From assembly GCA_963816355.1 (NCBI GenBank), contig CAWFKH010000001.1:512001-576000 (forward strand): DNA of 64,000 nucleotides. The letters run 5' to 3'. The notes under the pieces are model-generated. The model made no database searches, was not told where the DNA came from, and saw only the letters and a list, made by a program, of their open reading frames with translations. This stretch comes from an uncultured Gemmatimonadales bacterium (lineage in GTDB: Bacteria; Gemmatimonadota; Gemmatimonadetes; Longimicrobiales; RSA9). This document shows positions 60,716 to 64,000 of the stretch, piece by piece. The position numbers and the translations under genes are program-made. How positions within the stretch are numbered: the stretch's first letter is position 1; every line of letters starts with the position of its first letter.

Positions 60716-63144
60716 AGCTGCGACACCTGCGGCTGCAGAATTTCCGGCAGCACGCCTCCACCGAAGTCGCCTTCGACGACGGCATCACCGGGATCGTGGG
60801 TCCGAACGGGGCGGGCAAGAGCACGATTCTGGAGGCGATCGCGTGGGCCGTCTACGGGTCGGCGGCTGCGCGCGGCACCAACGACACGATCCGCTTCGCG
60901 CGCGCGCCCGGCCGCGGCCGCGTCGAGGTCGAGCTGGTGGCGGAGATCGGCGCCAACGAGTACCGCGTCGTGCGTACGCTCACGGGTGCCGACGTCTACC
61001 TGGACGGCGGCGCCACGCCGGCGGCGAGCGGGATCGGCCCCTCCACGGAGTACCTGCAGTCGCGGCTCGGCATGAGTCGCGAGGAGTTCTTCAACACCTA
61101 CTTCACCGGACAGAAGGAGCTGCAGTTCCTGGCGCAGATGGGGCCGACGCAGCGCGGCCGCTTCCTGAGCCAGGTCCTCGGCTACGAGCGGCTGCGCGTG
61201 GCGCAGGAGCGGGCCCGCGGCCGTCGCAACGGCCTGCGTCACGAGACGGAGGGGCTGCGCTCCGGGCTGCCGGATCCGGACGCGCTGCGTCGCGCGAGCG
61301 AGGCGGCCGAGTCGCAGGCGCGGGCGGCGGCGACCGCGCTGGAGGCGGCGGAACGGGAGGAGGCCGCGGCCCGCGAGGCGCTCGCGACCGTCGCGCCGCG
61401 GTGGGAGACGGCGCGCGAGGCGCGGGAGCGGGCGCGGGAGCTGGCGCACGCGGTCGAGATCGCGGACCGCGAGCGCGAGGCGGCCGAGCGCGACGCGGCA
61501 CGGCTGGCGCGGGAGATGGAGCGCATCGTCGCGGCGGAAGCGGAGCTGGGGCGGCTCCGCGAGGAGCTGGCGGCGCTGCCGGACGCGACGGCCGCGTGCG
61601 AGCGACATCGCGAGCTGGCGCGGCTGGACGAGCGGCGTCGCGCGTTGCTCGAGCGCCGCGCGGCGCTCGAGGTGGAGCTGAAGGAGGCGGACTCCCGCAT
61701 GAGCCGACTGGAGCAGGCGCCGGATCTGCTGCGTCAGCTCGAGGCACAGATCGGCGAGCAGCAGCGGGCGCTCGAGGAAGTGGAGACCGAGGTCGACCAG
61801 CGGCGTCGCGAGTGGGCGGGCGCGCAGCAGGACGTGCGCACGCGGCTCGATGGCTACCGCGCGCGCGCCAAGGAGCTGCGCGAGCAGATCACGCAGCTGC
61901 GCGACGCGGGGCCGGATGGCGTCTGCCCGACGTGCCAGCGGCCGCTCGGCGCGGAGTTCGAGCCCGTCGTCGCGCGCCTCGAGGACGAGTGGCAGACGCT
62001 GGTGCAGGATGGTCGCTGGCTCGCGCAGCGCGAGAAGCAGCTCGAGGACGCGCCGGCGGAGTTGGCGGCGGTCGAGGAGCGGCGCGCCGGCGTCCGCCGC
62101 ACCATCGAGGAGCGTCGGGAGCGTCACGGTCGCTGCGCGCGTGCCGCCGAGGAGCTGGGCGTCCTGATCCAGGAGTCGGAGCGCAAGCGGGAGTCGCTCG
62201 ACGCGCTCGACGCGGAGCTGGACGGCGTGGGCGTGGTTTACGACGAGGCGGCGCACCGCCGGGCGGAGGCGCAGCTCACGGCGCTGCAGGAGAGCGGCCG
62301 TCGCGCCGCCCGGCTCGAGCAGATCGTCGAGGCCCGGCCCGCGCGGGAGAAGGAGCAGGCGGAGGTGCGCGAATCCGCCGCCGCGCTCGTCGCGCGCATC
62401 GAGGCACTGGAGCGGGAGCACGCCGGTCTGGCGTACGACGAAGCCGGCTACCGCGATCTGGGCGAGCAGCACGCGCGGGCGGAGGAGCGCGTGCGAGTCA
62501 CGGAGCTGGCGCGCAGCGAGGCGGCGGGCGAGCGGCGCACGGCCGCGGTCGCGCTCGAGAACGCGCGAGGCGCGGAGGCGAGCTACCGCGAGGCGCGGGC
62601 GAAGCTCGACGACCTCGAGACGGAGCTGCGCCACCACGACGAGCTCGACGCCGCCTTCAGCCGCCTCAGACAGGAGCTCAACGCGAGGGTGCGGCCGGAG
62701 CTGGGCGCGCTGGCGTCGCGATTCATCACCGAGATCACCGACGGCCGCTACACCGCGATCGAGATCGACGACGCGTACAACGTGATGGTTCTCGACGAGG
62801 GCGAGGAGAAGCCGGTGATCAGCGGCGGCGAGGAGGACATCGCGAACCTCGTGCTGCGGCTGGCGATCAGCCAGATGATCGCCGACCGCGCCGGCCACCC
62901 GCTGTCCCTGCTGATCCTGGACGAGGTGTTCGGCTCGCTCGACGTGGAGCGCCGCGACGCGGTCATCCAGCTGCTGCACCGCCTGCGCGACCGCTTCGAC
63001 CAGGTGATCGTGATCACCCACATCGAGACGATCCACGAAGGTCTCGACCGCGTCCTGCGCGTCGAATTCGACGAGCGGACGGGCGCCAGCACCGTCCGCA
63101 TTGAAGCCGCGCAGGAGCGCGTGGAAGTTCCCGAACCCCTATAG
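60712..63144 (+). CDS. sbcC: SbcC/Rad50 SMC-family ATPase
   Basis: LQNFRQH, GPNGAGKST, coiled coil with CPTC zinc hook, SGGE, ILDEVFGSLD, ITH. Confidence 0.93.
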   Translation: MKLRHLRLQNFRQHASTEVAFDDGITGIVGPNGAGKSTILEAIAWAVYGSAAARGTNDTIRFARAPGRGRVEVELVAEIGANEYRVVRTLTGADVYLDGGATPAASGIGPSTEYLQSRLGMSREEFFNTYFTGQKELQFLAQMGPTQRGRFLSQVLGYERLRVAQERARGRRNGLRHETEGLRSGLPDPDALRRASEAAESQARAAATALEAAEREEAAAREALATVAPRWETAREARERARELAHAVEIADREREAAERDAARLAREMERIVAAEAELGRLREELAALPDATAACERHRELARLDERRRALLERRAALEVELKEADSRMSRLEQAPDLLRQLEAQIGEQQRALEEVETEVDQRRREWAGAQQDVRTRLDGYRARAKELREQITQLRDAGPDGVCPTCQRPLGAEFEPVVARLEDEWQTLVQDGRWLAQREKQLEDAPAELAAVEERRAGVRRTIEERRERHGRCARAAEELGVLIQESERKRESLDALDAELDGVGVVYDEAAHRRAEAQLTALQESGRRAARLEQIVEARPAREKEQAEVRESAAALVARIEALEREHAGLAYDEAGYRDLGEQHARAEERVRVTELARSEAAGERRTAAVALENARGAEASYREARAKLDDLETELRHHDELDAAFSRLRQELNARVRPELGALASRFITEITDGRYTAIEIDDAYNVMVLDEGEEKPVISGGEEDIANLVLRLAISQMIADRAGHPLSLLILDEVFGSLDVERRDAVIQLLHRLRDRFDQVIVITHIETIHEGLDRVLRVEFDERTGASTVRIEAAQERVEVPEPL

Positions 63145-63176
63145 CCGCAGCCGGATCCCGCAGTCCAATCCCGCCG

Positions 63177-64000
63177 TCACTTGCTCGCCAACGTATCCCA
63201 TGCCGCGCCTCTCTCGAGATGCCGCTGCACCTGCGCCTCCTCGCCCTTCATCAGGTGGATCTGCGCGGCGGCGTAGTGGGTCCAGGCGTAGTAGATCGGG
63301 ATGTTCTGCGTCGACTTGTCGACCCAGTGGGACCACTGGTCGGGGATGCCGCCGCGGTGCACGAAGACGTTCCACAGCAGCGAGTCGGTGCGGGGCAGGT
63401 CGAGGTGCTGTCCGACGAAGCTGCGGATCGGGGTGTTGCCGGGCAGGTCGTAGACGCCGGGCACGGAGTCGGGCGGCGTCGTCGCATCGTGGACCTTGAG
63501 GGCGAGGCCCTGCCGGATGAGGGAGCCGGCGAGGTTGATCTGCTCGTAGGACTGGGTGGTGCTGGCGTAGTAGACGGGCCGGTCGCCGAGGGCCTGCGTC
63601 AGGATCGCGGTCATGAAGACGTCGGCGGGGATCATGACGGTGCCGGCCGGTATCGTGGTGGTGAGCCGGTCGGCGTGGAATTCGTAGGGTCGATCGGTCT
63701 GGAACGGGTAGGTGCCGGCAATGCGGTCGACCTCCTCGTCGCTGAGCGGCACGATCGACTTGGTGGGCGGCGTGAGCAGGTTCCTGAAGCTCGAGTCCGC
63801 CGCGGCGAGGCGCGCGTAGAAGGCGGTGCCGCGCTTCGGGTCGTACGGCCGCTGGCAGATGTTGAGGGTGGGGTCGTCGCCGGGGCTGACGCCGGCGGGG
63901 CACGGCCGCGTGAGGTGGCGGAGCTGCTTCACGTACCAGGGCGTGTTCAGGTACGAGGTGACGATGACGGTCACGTCGCGCCGGATGCCTTCGACCTCCT
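63177..64000 (-). CDS. C-terminal part of a DUF2723-like membrane protein
   Basis: EVEGIRRDVTVIVTSYLNTPWYVKQL resembles the DUF2723 family motif; 5' part lies outside the window. Confidence 0.65.
   Translation of the reverse strand, partial: EVEGIRRDVTVIVTSYLNTPWYVKQLRHLTRPCPAGVSPGDDPTLNICQRPYDPKRGTAFYARLAAADSSFRNLLTPPTKSIVPLSDEEVDRIAGTYPFQTDRPYEFHADRLTTTIPAGTVMIPADVFMTAILTQALGDRPVYYASTTQSYEQINLAGSLIRQGLALKVHDATTPPDSVPGVYDLPGNTPIRSFVGQHLDLPRTDSLLWNVFVHRGGIPDQWSHWVDKSTQNIPIYYAWTHYAAAQIHLMKGEEAQVQRHLERGAAWDTLASK

Overview
Very GC-rich, gene-dense bacterial chromosome segment from a diderm organism. Gene content and style suggest Gemmatimonadota, but that is inference only. I found about 55 protein genes and no rRNA, tRNA, CRISPR array, transposase or prophage. 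Housekeeping content: two acyl-CoA dehydrogenases, gcvH/gcvP/lipM-like genes, a peptide ABC transporter, exbB, a lytic transglycosylase, csp, polA, ssb, two RpoD-family sigma factors, maeB-pckA, rsgA, a cobalamin riboswitch with btuFCDB, a GbsR-type regulator with mlaEFD, sbcDC and a partial DUF2723 gene. Most interesting: (1) an unannotated ~290-nt transcription unit at 2.93-3.26 kb with a 14-nt perfect match to the 16S 3' end and a 20-codon ORF; (2) a tightly coupled 9-gene operon at 25.6-34.5 kb (Omp85-like, deaminase, YceI, methyltransferase, FAD oxidoreductase, SRPBCC cyclase, lone FabF-type ketosynthase, DUF4126, CMD) that looks like an uncharacterised aromatic-lipid or quinone pathway; (3) a sigma54 module whose enhancer and promoter elements are readable in the sequence; (4) a stand-alone histidine-kinase DHp mini-protein heading the glycine-cleavage operon; (5) C-to-G strand-skew flips centred on promoter regions. 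Four apparent single-base frameshifts are most likely sequencing indels. All family assignments come from motif recognition by eye, not database searches.
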